From Candidatus Hodarchaeota archaeon (lineage in GTDB: Archaea > Asgardarchaeota > Lokiarchaeia > Sigyniarchaeales > SOKP01), in assembly GCA_048887225.1 (NCBI GenBank), contig JBHLJY010000029.1:1-25175 (forward strand): 25,175 nt of DNA, read 5' to 3'. Made by a program: the position numbers and the translations under genes. The notes below the pieces were generated by a model. The model saw only the letters and a list, made by a program, of their open reading frames with translations, did no database searches and was not told the DNA's origin. Numbering within the stretch: the stretch's first letter is position 1; the number at the start of each line of letters is the position of its first letter. Positions 24,729-25,175 of this stretch are shown here, piece after piece.

Positions 24729-25175
24729 ATGAGTAAGAAATCTTATCCGATAATTGTGGGCGCAGCTCAGTTAACACAACATAAGCAAACTCCACATCCA
24801 CTTGATCCGCTCAGTTTAATGGTTAAAACAAGTAAAATGGCTCTTGCCAATTCGGGAGCGGATAACTTAGAGAAGTTCATTGATTCGATATACATGGTAA
24901 ATATTAATAGTTGGTCTTATGAGGATGCACCTGGAGAACTCGGTGGAATCCTTGGTATTACACCTATCAATAAAATTTTTTTACCAGACGGGGGAGATTC
25001 ACCTCAAATGCTAGTAAATTGGGCTGCTAAAGCTATAGCATCTGGAAAGAGCCAAGCAGTACTTATCACTGGTGGTGAAGCTGCATATTCTATGTACAGG
25101 AGTAAGGCAGGTAAAATCACTTTAAATTGGCCGAAATATAAAAGCCCTAAATATATGCAGGGTAAGTTATGGAAT
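24729..25175 (+). CDS. Acetyl-CoA acetyltransferase/thiolase-like protein, 3'-truncated by window (absent from ORF track)
   Basis: My translation: MSKKSYPIIVGAAQLTQ...DPLSLMVK...IDSIYMVN..SWSYEDAPG.L...GGDSPQMLVN.AA.AIASG...AVLITGGEA; open to the window end. It resembles the divergent thiolase-like family carrying GG(N/D)SPQ in place of the catalytic Cys motif. Confidence 0.82.
   Translation, partial: MSKKSYPIIVGAAQLTQHKQTPHPLDPLSLMVKTSKMALANSGADNLEKFIDSIYMVNINSWSYEDAPGELGGILGITPINKIFLPDGGDSPQMLVNWAAKAIASGKSQAVLITGGEAAYSMYRSKAGKITLNWPKYKSPKYMQGKLWN

Noticed and set aside
1-25175. CRISPR arrays, tRNA/rRNA genes, IS elements, integrases
   Set aside because: Intergenic gaps are short and AT-rich, with no spaced direct repeats, cloverleaf or GC-rich stems, terminal inverted repeats or transposase ORFs.

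Overview
AT-rich archaeal DNA (roughly 30% GC by eye, not computed). Gene content and style suggest Asgard archaea (Lokiarchaeia/Promethearchaeota); this is inference, as there is no rRNA marker. The left ~10 kb holds the 3' end of one and the whole of a second giant helical-repeat/coiled-coil protein built from MIT/TPR-like three-helix units. These are followed by a CdrS-like ribbon-helix-helix regulator, a small possibly PC4-like protein, a double zinc-ribbon protein and a compact GNAT-rfcS-rfcS2-rfcL operon. That operon encodes a three-subunit-type clamp loader: the second small subunit looks ATPase-dead but keeps its arginine finger, and the large subunit has Rfc1-like traits. After a Lin0512-family gene, the right ~14.5 kb is a co-directional catabolic cluster: two tandem FAD-linked oxidoreductases plus a CCG/Fe-S subunit, an OYE-type NADH:flavin oxidoreductase, two tandem CaiC-like acyl-CoA ligases, an SDR, a GH4 alpha-galactosidase, a DUF35/thiolase pair and a truncated second thiolase-like gene. 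Three genes have a GGTGA Shine-Dalgarno motif pointing at ATT/ATA rather than a canonical start codon. I found no rRNA, tRNA, CRISPR array or mobile element.
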